A DNA stretch of 62,760 nt, the filler included, from Gonapodya sp. JEL0774 (taxonomy: Eukaryota): NCBI GenBank assembly GCA_027604505.1. It is 14 parts of 14 records of this genome, joined end to end, with 100 filler letters (N's around TTAATTAATTAA, not from the genome) between each part and the next. Parts side by side here need not be neighbours in the genome. Positions count along the whole stretch, not along the records: positions 26,998 to 31,389 come from JADIIX010000960.1; positions 31,490 to 35,881 come from JADIIX010000961.1; positions 35,982 to 40,367 come from JADIIX010000962.1; 11 more parts are not named here. One strand, 5' to 3'. Positions 26,998 to 39,456 of this stretch are shown here, in pieces (the stretch's first letter is position 1; every line of letters begins with the position of its first letter). The notes under the pieces were generated by a model. It ran no database searches, had not been told where the DNA came from, and was given only the letters and a program-made list of their open reading frames with translations. Made by a program: the position numbers and the translations under genes.

Positions 26998-29900
26998 GGA
27001 AATGAGATGCTCCCCTTTTCACGTCCGGTTCGGGAAACTCAAGCTACTTCTGCCGGCTGAGAAAGCGGTGAGTTGCCTGAGGAGCAGTTACACAAAAGTA
27101 GCTAGTGCTTCCCTCTTCGGCTGTTTCGCACGGAGAACAGGATCGTAAGCTGACAGACGAGTCGCGTGACCGGGTCCTTTCCACATCCAATCCACGTGGG
27201 AGGAATGACGTGGCCCTATCCACGTAGATGGGAATGGCGCAATTGCTGCTTGTATTGTCTTTACAAAATGATCAGTGGTGATTAACGTACCTAAAAACCT
27301 ATGTTCCATTTTGTCTCTCCATGCCACTTCCGTGATAGGTTTCAATTTCGGTGAACGGCCGTCCGACCCCACTTCAGATGAAGGTTGGAGATGCGGGAGA
27401 AGCATTTTTCATTATTGAAACGGAGGTTTGTGCATTGGTCCTGCCTTTGTGATAGTGTGCGATGTGTTTTCACTGGTATTCTCATCGTCGTACATCCACC
27501 ATCCAATTTAGAACCCAGTACCGTCCGAGTACGCAACTTCCCCCCTCGCAACGGCACAGGAGCTACCCCCGCCTCATGATGACATGGAGTCCTTTGAACT
27601 TCCCACCATCGCCTCCCGACCCCAATCTCCCGTAATGCCCGGAATGGATCTCGATACCCTAGGCCTCGTCGATGCATCACCGGACCACGCCCATTCAGTC
27701 CTTGGTGGGCTCTTGGCACAACGTGCGAGGTTCACGACTGCACCGGAACACTTGGCGACCATTGCCGGAGCCGAGGATCCCCCCCCTGATGACAAAGTCG
27801 TTCCCTTGTCCACCTCCGCTCACCTCCCTTCATCCCGCCCGACCGCTATTCCTTCTTCCCTCAACCATCACCGTTCCTCCTCCTCGCCTTCCCAGCCAAT
27901 GCATCCCTTTACACTGACCCCGACTTCCACCTCGTCATCCGGATTCGCGCCACTCTGGCCTGGTGCTCACCGAATCGTGGAGGACCCCACGACGCCAGAA
28001 GGGCACACACTGGATGCGAGAGGTGACGATAGTGTCGGCGGCGTTCCCGGTCTTCCGCTCGTACCGGGTGGAGAGATGGAAGGCTTGTTCGACCGCGGAT
28101 CGGAACTCGTTGACGACGCCGTTGTGCCTACCTCGCCACACACCACTTCACATTCTTTGCAAATTTCCATCGACTCCTCTGCCGTGGTAGTATCGACTCA
28201 ACCCACATTGCGGGCCAGCGGGCCGGTACTCCGTGCACATACAGATGCATTAAGTGATACGGAAGTGGATGCAACGCTTGGAAGGCTTGGTGCGCGAATT
28301 GGGACGCGAGGAGGATCCAGAGGAGGTTCACGGGGTGGATCAAGGATTACAGCCGGTGGGGAAGACTTGGATTTGGAGGTATGAAGACCTGTTCGTTGAT
28401 TCTTAATCCACCGCACCCTTTAAATACTTGGCATTTTTTTCACCATCCTTTGACTGTCTCAGCTTGGTGGCTTTTCTCCAGAAGCATCGCCTTCGTCTGC
28501 CCTTTCCACGTCTCCTTCGAACCAATATTCCTGGCCTTGGGGTGCCCTACCGACCCGCACGTCCCCAGACTCGCCCCATATCTCCCCATCCGCGGCCGCT
28601 ACCTCCGTATCAGTCGCCATGCTACCCACACCGCCCCCGCCAAATGACATGCCGGAGATCCCGGACGTGAAATTGATCGTTAGGAGTGAAACACAACCCG
28701 CCCTGCATGTCAGTGAGAGCGAAGAGACCAAACCTTCGGATACTTTTGTGTTGGAAGGCATTGTAGTAAAAGGTTCACCGTCACCGGTTGGTGAACATGA
28801 CCTCGGCACTGTTGTGACCCCCGTTGTACCGGACGCACAGTCCGCATTCCTACCCGATACCAAGCCATCCGATACCTCCATGGGGCGCCCGAATCAAATG
28901 CCGCTGCCGTCCTTTGTAGGGTCAACCTCCGTGGTTGAGGACCTGCCGCCAACAACCCCGTTCGCACTGGAACTCAGTTTGTGCGGTCCCTTGGATGTTT
29001 TACTCTCCAACAGCAATGAAGTACGTTTACTCACCTGAGTTCTGATATGCCTCCATCGGTCACCTCACGTTCTTGTACCAACATCACAGGCTGCTGCTAA
29101 CTCGTTCAACGCGCACCTGATCCCTTGGACTCAATTCTCCCAGAACCCTTTCATTCTCTCCGATCCCACCCTCATTCTTCGCATTGATGGCACTTATCTT
29201 TCGTGGCCTGCCGCCGCCCCTTTGGTCATCTCTCACGCTGCTTTCGGTAAACCCCTTCCAGGCGACGTTGCACAAAAGATTGTCCACGATGCGCAACAGG
29301 CCGCCGTGGATCAAGGCAAGAAAAGCCAGCAAGTGAAAGAGCCCAATTTGAGCTCTTCGGGTTGGTGGAGGTGGGGTGGCGGAGCCAAGACAGCCACGGC
29401 AAATCAACAGCCTCCCTCACCTCAGAAGTCAGACTCTGTGAATGTGGTAGCACCGCCCACAACGAGTGGAGTAGAATCAGCTCACCATGCACAATATAGC
29501 GCCCCTTTGTCGCCGCCAGTCAGCCCCACCGTAATCGCAACGAGTGCCTCAACTCGTGATGCAAACGCCAAAATCACGCCCTTGTCACCAAAGCCTCCAA
29601 CGCCCCCACCCTCGAAACCCAAGTCAAACTTTGCGAAAACACTGAGACTTACTTCAGATCAGTTGGTGAGTTTACAAATTCGCGAGGGCACCGATTCCGA
29701 ACAGCTAACATCGTCCCTCTCAATACAAAAGAAATCCCTTAATCTCAACAAAGGGGTAAACACCGTTTCGTTTTCCGTCCAGTTCGACCTTGGTGGCACG
29801 TCTACTACCTCTGCACGTATTTTTCTATGGGACGATGACGCACGCGTGATCATTTCGGATGTGGACGGCACTATTACAAAATCGGATGCCCTGGGTCACT

Positions 29901-30786
29901 TGTTCGCTGCCATTGGAAGGGATTGGACCCACATGGGGATCGCTGAGCTGTATACTAGGATCGCTAAGAACGGATTTCAGTTCCTATACTTGACGGCACG
30001 GGCGATTGGTCAGGCATCAACGACGAGAGACTATATCGCGGGAGTGAAGCAAGGCAGTGCGGTTCTGCCTGTGGGACCAGTTGTGATGTCGCCGGATCGC
30101 CTGTTCACAGCTTTGCACCGAGAAGTAGTCCGAAAAAAGCCCGAAGAGTTTAAGATTGCAGTCCTGAGGGACCTGAAGCGATTGTTTCCGGAGGATCACA
30201 ATCCGTTTTTTGCTGGGTTTGGGAACAGGGTAACAGTGAGCTTGAACTGCGATTGCTCATTTATTTGTGAGTCAAATATTCACATCTTACGTGTTATCAG
30301 GATGCGTTTTCGTATCGCTCTGTCAGCATACCTTCGTCACGAATTTTCACTATTGATCCTTATGGGAAGCTTACTTTCGAACTCTTACCTGAATACAACT
30401 CGTCGTATCCTTCGCTCTCCGATATTGTGGACCATATCTTCCCACCAACTCGACCTGGTGCAGTTCAGGTGGAGTCAGAGTATGCTGATTTAGAGTATTG
30501 GAAGGCACCTGTTGCAAAACTGGATTTTGAGGATATGATGGCGGAGTTGAACGGCACAAAACTTGTCCACGGGCCGGCCGAGGAGGAGGTGGTGGCAGTG
30601 GATGTCACGCCAGAATCTGTTACAGAGACGCAGTCGGAGCTTGATGGCGAACTGGATCGAAGCCGTTTCGAGGGTGATGACGTGCTAGAGGACGCCGACG
30701 ATGGCGAGGAGATGGACAATGAGGGGTATGAAGAAGAAGAAAGCGAATTGGGTGACCACGATCCCGGTGCCTACCCGTACCTTTGA
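26998..30786 (+). CDS. PAH1: Lipin / phosphatidate phosphatase Pah1 (5' truncated, multi-exon)
   Basis: N-LIP FHVRFGKLK at contig start; KTLRLTSDQL; catalytic ISDVDGTITKSDALGH; DWTH, YLTAR, GFGNR. Confidence 0.96.
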
Positions 30787-31657
30787 TTGGATCAGTTTAT
30801 ACTATCTATAATTCGCTTTGGTTGTGCATTGGACATCAGAAGCGCCTCAGCAGCTCGTCCGGTTGTTCAAGGATATATGTAGATAATGTATGTGGTAAGT
30901 GTAGTTTACTGGAATTGGTATTGAGCTCTGTCGGTTTCGGAATATCAAGTTAGCTACCACTCCTTGAACGTCCAACCTCGGTAGGGGTTGTTCTGGGCCC
31001 ATGTGAGGTCACTTCACTGGGGGAGTGACGTTGTGGGCTTTCAACTCAGCTGAACGTCCAATGACCGCTTTCAAAGTGGATTCGCGTTTACTTCGTGAAG
31101 TCGAGCGGGATATACGTGGATCGGCAGCTCCATCATCTCAGCAATCCTGGAACGGACGTGGGGGTGATGATGCAGCTCCTCGTCGTGATGAAGAACCCAG
31201 ATTGGGGCTTTCCGATCATCAGATTGCGCTCAACCTACACAAACGGTTCCAAAAGTCTAGCGATCACCCTCTCTCACCCTCCCAAGAGCCCAGGTGTCCG
31301 GTTGTAACGGCGACTCCCTCCCTGTACCTCCCTCTCCTTCTCCGACGCAACTTTGCTGCTGCGGGGGAGTTTGAGCTGGTCGACAAAGCNNNNNNNNNNN
31401 NNNNNNNNNNNNNNNNNNNNNNNNNNNNNNNNNTTAATTAATTAANNNNNNNNNNNNNNNNNNNNNNNNNNNNNNNNNNNNNNNNNNNNTCCTCCATTAA
31501 TCCTCCTTCGAGCCCTGGTGCTTCTGCTCCCTCCATCGCCGTTGTTGCCGGTCCACCCTCTCCAGAATCCTCCCAACCTCTGTCCGACAACACAACTCTC
31601 ACCCTCTCCCTCCCGCTCGTCTGCCTCGTCCAAGCCGAGCGTATCTATCGCAATCTC

Positions 31658-33150
31658 ATGCTTCCTCCCGTCCTCGAACGCCTCATCACCTCTTACTTCT
31701 CCTCTTTCCCCACAACCCACTCCCACAATCCGGCACCCGATTCCGGCGAGTTCCACGTTCCTATATACCCCGCCACTACTGCCCACGGCATTCAGGTACT
31801 TGGAATCCTCCCGGACCACTTCTCTCTCGTCCACGCACAACTCTCTGGCCAGCTCGCTGAAGCGTGCGCATCGTGCACACCACCCATCGCGAAACCGCCC
31901 ATTCTACCCCCCATCCCGCCCACCACTGTCCATGTGTCCATCTCCTTCCCTTCGTCTTCTCTGCCCTTCTCGGCTTCTCAGCCTCACTCCCAAACAATGC
32001 CCGCCTCATTACCACCCACGACAACACTCTCCTCTTCGGGTCTCGTTTATCCTTGGATCCCACCGCTGGTACTGGGGAAGGGCCCCGCGGGTGAGTGGGA
32101 GTACTTGACGCAAGTGGGCAAAGTTGTTGCACAGAATGCGGAGGTGGCGCAGGTGAGTCATCATTCGTTGTGGTGTTGGTGGGATATGAGAGCGGTTTCT
32201 GCAGTTGAAAAGTGTGGAACCAGTACGAGAGGACAGAAGACACAATTCCAGTGGACCGGAAGGATGGGTTGAGAGCGACATAATGGGACAAAGGGAGCTC
32301 CTGCTTGGGGAGGAGAAGGACGGATATTACTCCATCGGTCAAGGAAGCGACGTCTCGCTCCGCTGACCGTACTTACTTGCTCGACCTCATCATTCACCTT
32401 AACCACAACGCGCTCGCCATTTCTATCCCCACCTAGCATCGCCGCCACCTCTCTCACCTCATCCACTCCCTCCGCCACCTTCTCTTCTCCCACCGCTCCA
32501 TCCACCTCCGCAAATCTTTCCTCTCCCTCGATCTCGAAGCTTACGAGCTCGACACGTCCATCGTTACGGAAGTCGGATGGACCGTCGCATCATGGTCCGA
32601 GTCAAAGCAAGAGTGGGGCGTAAAGAGCTACCACGTCATTGTAGCGGAACATGCCCAGTGGAGGAACGGCATCCACGTCGCGGACGCCAGAGACTACTTC
32701 GCGTTCGGCGCCACCGCAACCCTCTCGCTCAAGCCGTTGGTCAAGAAGCTCAAGGCCGCTATCGCTAAAGCCGATTATCTGGTCGCCCATGCCGCATCCT
32801 CGGACGAAACTTTACTTCGCCGCATCGGCGTGCCCATCAAGTCCAAAACTGTCCTGGACACGCAGGTTATGGCCCGTGCGGTGCTACTTGCTGCTTCATC
32901 CGCCACCTCGACCCCTGCAGCGTTGACACATCCACCGCGCCTCTCGTCTCTCCTAACTCACCTTGCCGTCCCGTACGACTCCGTGGCGCTCCACAACGCG
33001 GGTAACGATGCGCGGTACACGATGGAGGCGTTTTTGAAAATGGGGAAAATAGCGAACGGAGTGTGGGGGAGGGAAGTGGCAGGGAGATGGGGGGTGGAGT
33101 GGGACGAGGTGGTGGGGACAAAGAAGGAAGGCGAGGGAGAGGTGGGGTGA
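31658..33150 (+). CDS. DEDDh exonuclease-like protein, Gfd2/YDR514C/QIP-like (intron ~32153-32436)
   Basis: FLSLDLEAYE..VTEVGW, VAHAASSD, VLDTQ, LSSLL, LHNAGNDARYTMEAF. Confidence 0.85.
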
Positions 33151-34723
33151 AGGCACACGAATCCGCGACTGCAGTCGCAAGAGAGGCGCGGAAGTACCAC
33201 TAGGTACTTTAGCGGATTCCGACATGTCGCTAACCGCAGACATTCGGTGGACACGTCCTCCCTAGTCCTCATTTCTGAACGCCCTGAGTGTGAAAACAGG
33301 TGATGATCCACTGGTTGTGGGCGGAGCTCGGGGTTGTGTGTCGGCTGTGCAGGCAGACCCCATTTCCGACCAATTATGGAGACTTAAGGAAGACGTGGAT
33401 AGCTTGCTGGATATGAAGGGGACACAAGCACACGACAAGACCCGATAGGTGGATTTCTAGATCAGCAACCCTCATAAAGAGTTCGGAGGATATGACGAGC
33501 CTTTGCAGGGGATGATTGAGTTGACTTGTGCAGATGGGCGGAGCTGGAGCGGCCACTCGAGTATTCACGCGTGTATACCGCTCTGTGATTGAGAACTCCA
33601 TGTGTGTCTATTGGACTGTGTCTACATCGAAAGAGCCACTTTGCTCTTAGAGCTCAGATCTGGACTCCACACTACTCGAGGGTATTTGATACCACTCTGA
33701 TGAGATCCTTGATCGAACTCGATTTGCGACGACGAACCGTGCTGTTGTGGATCATGATGTGGAATATGATAGGGAGCAGATGGATACCTCGCGGCTTTCG
33801 TGGAGTGAAGAAATGATGATATGCAGGGAACGATTCTTGGTGTCGGTCCTAATCAAACGTGCGATTTGAGTGATAGGACCAGAGTGGACAGGCATGACTC
33901 TGCGCTTGAGCGGTTATGGACTAATGATGCTAGGTGTTTCGAGTGTGTGGGAACGCGGGCATAGATAGCATAGCGAAATCAAACAGAGTATTGTGTATTT
34001 CGCAGTTTGCTGCATCATGCGAATGTGCTGCATTTCCGGACGAATAAGTGACATTCCAGACTTAAAATCGGTCAGTTTGCGGCCCTGGCACTCCAAGGTT
34101 CTCATCCCTTAGCTATTCCCAAAATGTGATCGCTTGGAAACTCAATGAACAAACCGATGTCAGCACTTGGCCGGACAGAAATTTGGCTGGATGTGCACCA
34201 CTAAATGACTGCAAGGAATTGACTCATACCTCGATGATGTACAGGACATTAGACATTAGTAAACTTTAAACCTTGCGGTTCATGCCACCGGACACAATAC
34301 AAATATAATGACTGCGCCTTGGCAATACGTACCGTACTCGCAGTACGTCGGTCTGTGTGTCGGTCACTCGGGGAGTAACGTGGAGTACAAGAGAAGCAAG
34401 ACTCAAGATCCAACAATCCGAGAAGGAAAGTTGTGGAAAATAATGGCCAGTCGTAGGTGCAGGCGCTTGTTTCTATGCTCTAGCGTAACCCGACAGTAAA
34501 TTAACAAGATTGAATATCATTTGTTGGCTTTTGCATCAAGTCTCGGTCAAATGTCAACTCAGATACACGCGAGACTAGGGTCGGTCAATGTCCTGTAGTA
34601 GCACGTACTACCAACAACCTGGAGTTACCCCTTGAGATTACATTTATGGTTATGTATAGTGATGGCGTGCCATTCACGACCACAACAGCATGCTCCCACG
34701 CCGTTGAACTAGCGAGATCATCC

Positions 34724-35881
34724 TCAGGAATTAGAGCTTAGCTTGTCTGACGCCGATTCGCTGGGTGGTGGGCCGCATTCGTGGTATCCATTGGGCATTC
34801 CATGATTCCCATTGTCGCAATCGGGACAAACTCGCTCGTTACAAAGTCCGCAAATACGATTCGGCGCCGTCCAGGACTTTTCGCAGAGACTGGGGCAACT
34901 CGGCCCGCAAGGCACTCGCGCAGGTGATATGTGGTACATACACCATGGACCAGACGAGCAGGCAGGGCAGGTTATATTGCTAACCTGTTGTGCACACTCA
35001 GGACAGACTCCATCAGGGCATCCTGCAAGCGAACAGACTGTCCAATCATTGACGCGTGTACCGCAAATCTTATCGCAGAAGAAACAAGAGGTGCATTCGC
35101 GTTCGGTCAAAGGGTAGAATTTATTGTCGACTTTGGAATGTTGAAAAGTTCGCTTGCATAAATTGCACGTGGAGGCAGCGTAGCAAAACACACAGAGTTG
35201 ACTCAGTTCGGGAGCGGAGGGAGTACTATCCCCACCAGCGATTGGCTCATCCTCATCCACATAGCGTAGCGCACAGCTTCTGCAGAAGTTGGGCCTCAGA
35301 CGCACGATGTTGGGAAATGCTCTGAGCAGGGCATCATAAAGACGCTGATTGTTAGGGTATTGCCCTGGCCACGTCGGGATCGAGAACCCTTCTGTTCCAC
35401 GGATATCAAGATATCGAAGCTTGGAAACACTACGATCCATATCGTCGGTCATTTGCTGCCCCTCAAAAATCGATCGAAGGCTCTCTAATCGCACCAACGA
35501 ACACTGCTGCAGCGAGAGACTCACAATCGCTGGAAGTTTCAGCATTGCCACCACTGTCCACAACGTAACCAAAGTCCCATCCATACGCAGCTCCCGAATC
35601 GTCTCCAGAATCTGAGCTCTGGCCAAATGCTCGGGCAGTCGGAGAGACGATGCAGACCACCTTCCCACCAAACAGAGTAGGTGATCGAACTCCCGGTCAC
35701 GGAGCCTCACACCCGCGTCGGAGAAATCCATCCGTTCCCAGACTTTTGGGACGGCCAGGGTGCGGCGGATGTGGTGGCATGTTGAGGAGAGACGGATGAT
35801 GGAAATGACGGTGAGGTAAGAGGTGATGGAGACCAGGGTTTCGAGGGGGATTTCCGTGAAATTCGGACGAGAGGACATCAC
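34724..35881 (-). CDS. F-box protein with LRR-like middle and Cys-rich (multi-CxxC) C-terminus
   Basis: IPLETLVSITSYL..RLSSTCH F-box; about ten CxxC pairs in the last 190 aa. Confidence 0.8.
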   Translation of the reverse strand: MMSSRPNFTEIPLETLVSITSYLTVISIIRLSSTCHHIRRTLAVPKVWERMDFSDAGVRLRDREFDHLLCLVGRWSASSLRLPEHLARAQILETIRELRMDGTLVTLWTVVAMLKLPAIVSLSLQQCSLVRLESLRSIFEGQQMTDDMDRSVSKLRYLDIRGTEGFSIPTWPGQYPNNQRLYDALLRAFPNIVRLRPNFCRSCALRYVDEDEPIAGGDSTPSAPELSQLCVFCYAASTCNLCKRTFQHSKVDNKFYPLTERECTSCFFCDKICGTRVNDWTVCSLAGCPDGVCPECAQQVSNITCPACSSGPWCMYHISPARVPCGPSCPSLCEKSWTAPNRICGLCNERVCPDCDNGNHGMPNGYHECGPPPSESASDKLSSNS

Positions 35882-35981
35882 NNNNNNNNNNNNNNNNNNN
35901 NNNNNNNNNNNNNNNNNNNNNNNNNTTAATTAATTAANNNNNNNNNNNNNNNNNNNNNNNNNNNNNNNNNNNNNNNNNNNN

Positions 35982-38275
35982 GGTTTCTGAGGGGGGCAGG
36001 AAGAAGGAGAAGGCACCATCCCCGTAAGGGCCTGCGAACTTGGCGATACGGGGGTGGAGGGCTGGCTTAGCCAAAGCCGAGCGCTTAGAGCGCACACAGT
36101 GGACATCGATCCCCGGGTTGGGGAGGGGCTCATTGGGGTCGACAGAGGCGGAGGCCAGGGCACTGGGGCTGGAGGCGCGGGAGCCGGAGCGTGATGAGCG
36201 ACTGTCATCATCGGAATCGAAGTTCCGGTCGCTCTCGTCGCTGTCGTTGGAACCACGCTCGGAGGTGTGGTCAGCGTCAGGATCCATGCTCGTATCGTCC
36301 TCTGAGTCTACCACGATGGGTAGAGCCATGAGGGTGGCGCGAGTCGGAGACTGGTCACGTGGGATGGACAGGGAGGAGGCGGCACTGGTGAGGATAAGTG
36401 CACGCTGTCGTGGATCGACCTTGGCTCCAAGGAAGGCACTCGGGAGCACAATGCCGTCGTCTTGCTGGGAAACGGGGACCCGCTTGCCATCCAGGGTCTG
36501 ACGGAGCAGCTTAGCTGCAGAGGACCGAGGGAGCGCGGAGGTAGCTTCAGCAGCTTTGCGTGCCTGAAGCACCCGGTACTTGCGGTCCTGCTCCTTCTGC
36601 GCTTGGTTGCGCGCATCATCTGCAAGCGCCTGAGACTTAGGCGTGAGGGGCTGGGAGAAGGGACCGGGGCCGTCAGCAATACGGACGGAGGGTGGGACAC
36701 CTGGAAAGAACACTCACAGCAGAAGAGGAGGAAGTCGTTCCGTGGGACGCGAGGGCTTCCTTGGCGGCCTTAGAGGCGACCTGAGCCAAGAGTTCTTGGA
36801 GGTCGGAGCGAGACATAGAAATGTCATCGCCCCGAACCTTTTAGCGGGGTGGTTGCTCCTCCAGGGAAGGAGACGTGTCACAGTCGCGCTTGCCAGAATA
36901 TTGGGACATGATCTGGGAGGGACAGGACAGTGTCAGACGGTGTAAAACACGAATGACAACGGGGAACGCGTAGAACGGGGCCGGCGAGAGGTACTGGTGT
37001 GGTTAGTACGCATGCCTGTGTAGAGCAACAGAGTTAGGAGTGGTCTGGTACATCGCGGGGAAAAACGCGCAGCGTTTCCCCTGGGGATGATGCGTTCCAG
37101 AGGTGGGACTGGGGTGCAAGACCCTCATGTCCACACGCTCCACCAAAAACGCTTGAGCCTCTTCCTGGGGCTCAAGCGAGATGGTTTGCACTTGCCAAGA
37201 GGTAGAGTTTCGCAGAGACAATACCCTGACAGTGCGGTACCGGAGGGACGCAGTCCCAACGGGTAGGGCGAGAAACTCGCGCCGAAAGCGTGAGCGGCCC
37301 AGGGAACACCCCGGCCACACACCAAAAGGCGTGTGTGGGGGGGGGGGGGGAGGGGGGCGGGGGAGAAGCCAAACACCANNNNNNNNNNCCCCCCCGGCGG
37401 GGGGGGGGGGGGCGCCCGCGCGCCGCGCCCCCCGCGGCAGAACCCTTCCGCGCTAGCCCCAAAGGGCTGGGCGGGGTCTCGCTCGTCATGTAGCACCTAG
37501 GGGGGTGACGGGCGAACGGGTGCTCGAAAGGCCGATGGCCCAACAAGCGTGCCCTCAGACCAAAGTTCTAGTTAGCAATGGTCTGGGGGCGGGGTGTGGG
37601 GGCGTGCGGAGCAGCTGATCCTTGCAAAGGAAAGGCCGTTCCGGGGCAGGGGCGACAGCCACTGCCCCAGAGCCCCACGGGGACGACAGCGAGCATTTGC
37701 CACGTCTCGCACACACTGGAGGTATGTGGCATTACGCTCTAGCGGCAAGAAGCCACTACCGCGCGTCCTTGTGACCGGATGGGGTCACGAGTCGAAAATC
37801 AAAGGCGTTAAGACGTCGTCGATCATCGATTTGGTCAGTAAGACTGAATCCAAAAGGCTGCGCGGCGACAACATACCTTAACAAACAAGAATCCGCGCCC
37901 CCAGCGGGGGGATCCATGTCCAGAGGACGTCCCAGCGACTGATGGAAGTGGGGAGGTGGCGGGAGCCTTCGAGGGGAAGATAGGGGCGGCACCCCCGCCA
38001 ACCAGGCGATTGCAATCGCCATGGAAGGCAGCACGGACTTACCGTGCTGGAGGGTGTCGAAAATGGGGCCCAGTCGGGATAAATGACCGAGTGGGGAGGT
38101 CTCTATTGTTTTTCACTATGTGCACCGGACCGTGCACATAACCGCGATTTGCCACACACTTTGTGTGTCGCAAAATACAAACCATTGACTCACCCCTCTT
38201 TGTGAGTTTTCCCCGACCCAAGTGGGGCCCGGCAACCTTTGCCGAGCAGCTCGCATGACCCCCTTCTCTTCGTCC
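35982..38275 (-). mobile_element. GC-rich, CpG-intact putative mobile element (terminal region plus gag-like ORF1, truncated), abutting a gypsy relic
   Basis: Abrupt compositional junction at ~38275 that interrupts a gypsy integrase frame. Spliced low-complexity ORF (MSRSDLQELLAQ...SSA|intron ~36717-36651|PLTPKSQALADD...). No RT or recombinase is visible on this contig. Confidence 0.5.
37050..38250. ncRNA. Candidate large structured RNA region (more than 10 stable hairpins)
   Basis: Stems at 37151-77, 37551-90, 37643-68 (GACA loop), 37770-89, 38005-20, 38029-49, 38117-40, 38148-74, 38188-207, 38230-44, plus enclosing helix 38066-79/38210-30. Confidence 0.5.
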
Positions 38276-39023
38276 TAGTCAAAGGAAAATTGGGCTGTGC
38301 AATATAATTGAGCAGATTAATCTGGCTACATATCACCTTGAATTACCACTGCAGCTGCACATTCACGATGTAATCTGCTCATTGCTTCTCTCACCAGACT
38401 ACACAAAAAAGTTTCCCCATCAGGACCTTCCAACCCTGCAGCCAACTTACTATGAGGACAACAAAGGTCCCAAGTACACTGTGAAGCAGATACTGGATGT
38501 GTAAAAGTTCAGAAGCCAATACAGTGGCTGGGAGGAATGCCAACGGAGAAAAATGGTGGGCAACCTTGGAACCTCTTAGAATGCAGGTATATTCTCGTAA
38601 GAGCAACTTGGTATATTACACTTCAGCGCACTCTACAACACAAATATATCACAGAACCACCTCAAACATGCAAAGGAATTGGTCATTGATTTTTATATTG
38701 CCAACCCTACAAACCACTTCAACCCTTCCTTCGCACAGCGGTTGAGTATCACTGACTACACAGAGAGGACGAGGAGGAGGGGGGGCATGATATTACCCCC
38801 ATAGGAGTACCATGGAGTGCAGGGTCCGTTGGGGACCTGTTAGATCTAGATTAGCCTCACAGGCTGGACTTGGGCTTACCCTGACCAACTTCCCTACAAG
38901 TGCTGTCCATGTTGGTCAGGTGAGCACGAGGAGAGGGACACTGTTCTATTCACAGTTGTCATGTATTTCTTCACATCATATTGACTCTGTCAGTCAGTGC
39001 TGTTGTCCAGGGACCAGGTGACA
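38276..39023 (+). mobile_element. Degenerate Ty3/gypsy chromovirus 3' end: GPY/F integrase tail, chromodomain, PPT, start of 3' LTR
   Basis: SQRKIG.CNIIEQINLATYHLELPLQLHIHDV..LL.P (GPY/F-like), then YTVKQILDV*..QY..W.GMPTEKN..QPWNL (broken chromodomain). Polypurine tract 38771-38785 followed by TG at 38788. LTR end uncertain. Confidence 0.8.
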
Positions 39024-39456
39024 CTAAGTGGAGAATTATGATTGAGATTGCGTTCATAGATGCTATTGCAGGGAATTCTGATCATCCTCCCTGCTCTTCC
39101 TTGTGGATTCCACTTTTGGTGTAGTGCCTGTTGGGCTCTCCCCCCTGGCTGTGCTGCACACCCTTTACATCTGGCCCCCCAAATCCTATGTATAACATGT
39201 AGTGCACTCATCTATGGGGTAATGCTACACAAGATTATACCTGTAACACCTGTACCAAATATCCCAATATATCACAACAAGTTGCCATTTTGTTCACCAT
39301 TCTACAGCAAGTGCAAATGCAAGGCACCACATGATATCATCCAATAAGTGAAGGGTCATTCACTGCAGGAGTCCATTTCAATCAAAAATGCATGTCATGC
39401 AAGTATCAACATATCAACATGGAATACAATACAAGAATTTTTGATCATTTGTGCAA

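Noticed and set aside
28308..28880. Short peptide repeats in lipin (GGSR x3, TKPSDT x2)
   Set aside because: Ordinary micro-duplications in the disordered linker.
33290..34250. C/D snoRNA cluster (several TGATGA-like and CTGA motifs)
   Set aside because: No clean C/D pairs with convincing rRNA guides; the region reads more like a decayed + strand pseudogene.
37594..37881. + strand ORF ending KRLRGDNI, similar to KRF(R)GDDI in the opposite-strand ORF
   Set aside because: Similarity limited to ~24 nt, GTG start, and it overlaps the hairpins; likely chance.
38060..38230. Resemblance of the - strand to the lariat-capping (GIR1) ribozyme periphery, and of aaatggggcccagtc to RNase MRP CR-V
   Set aside because: No P3/P4/P7 group I core and no proper GAAAGUCCCC CR-I partner found.
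36950..38280. Telomerase RNA
   Set aside because: No CUAACCCU-type template on either strand in the sequenced part; only the short N gap is unseen.
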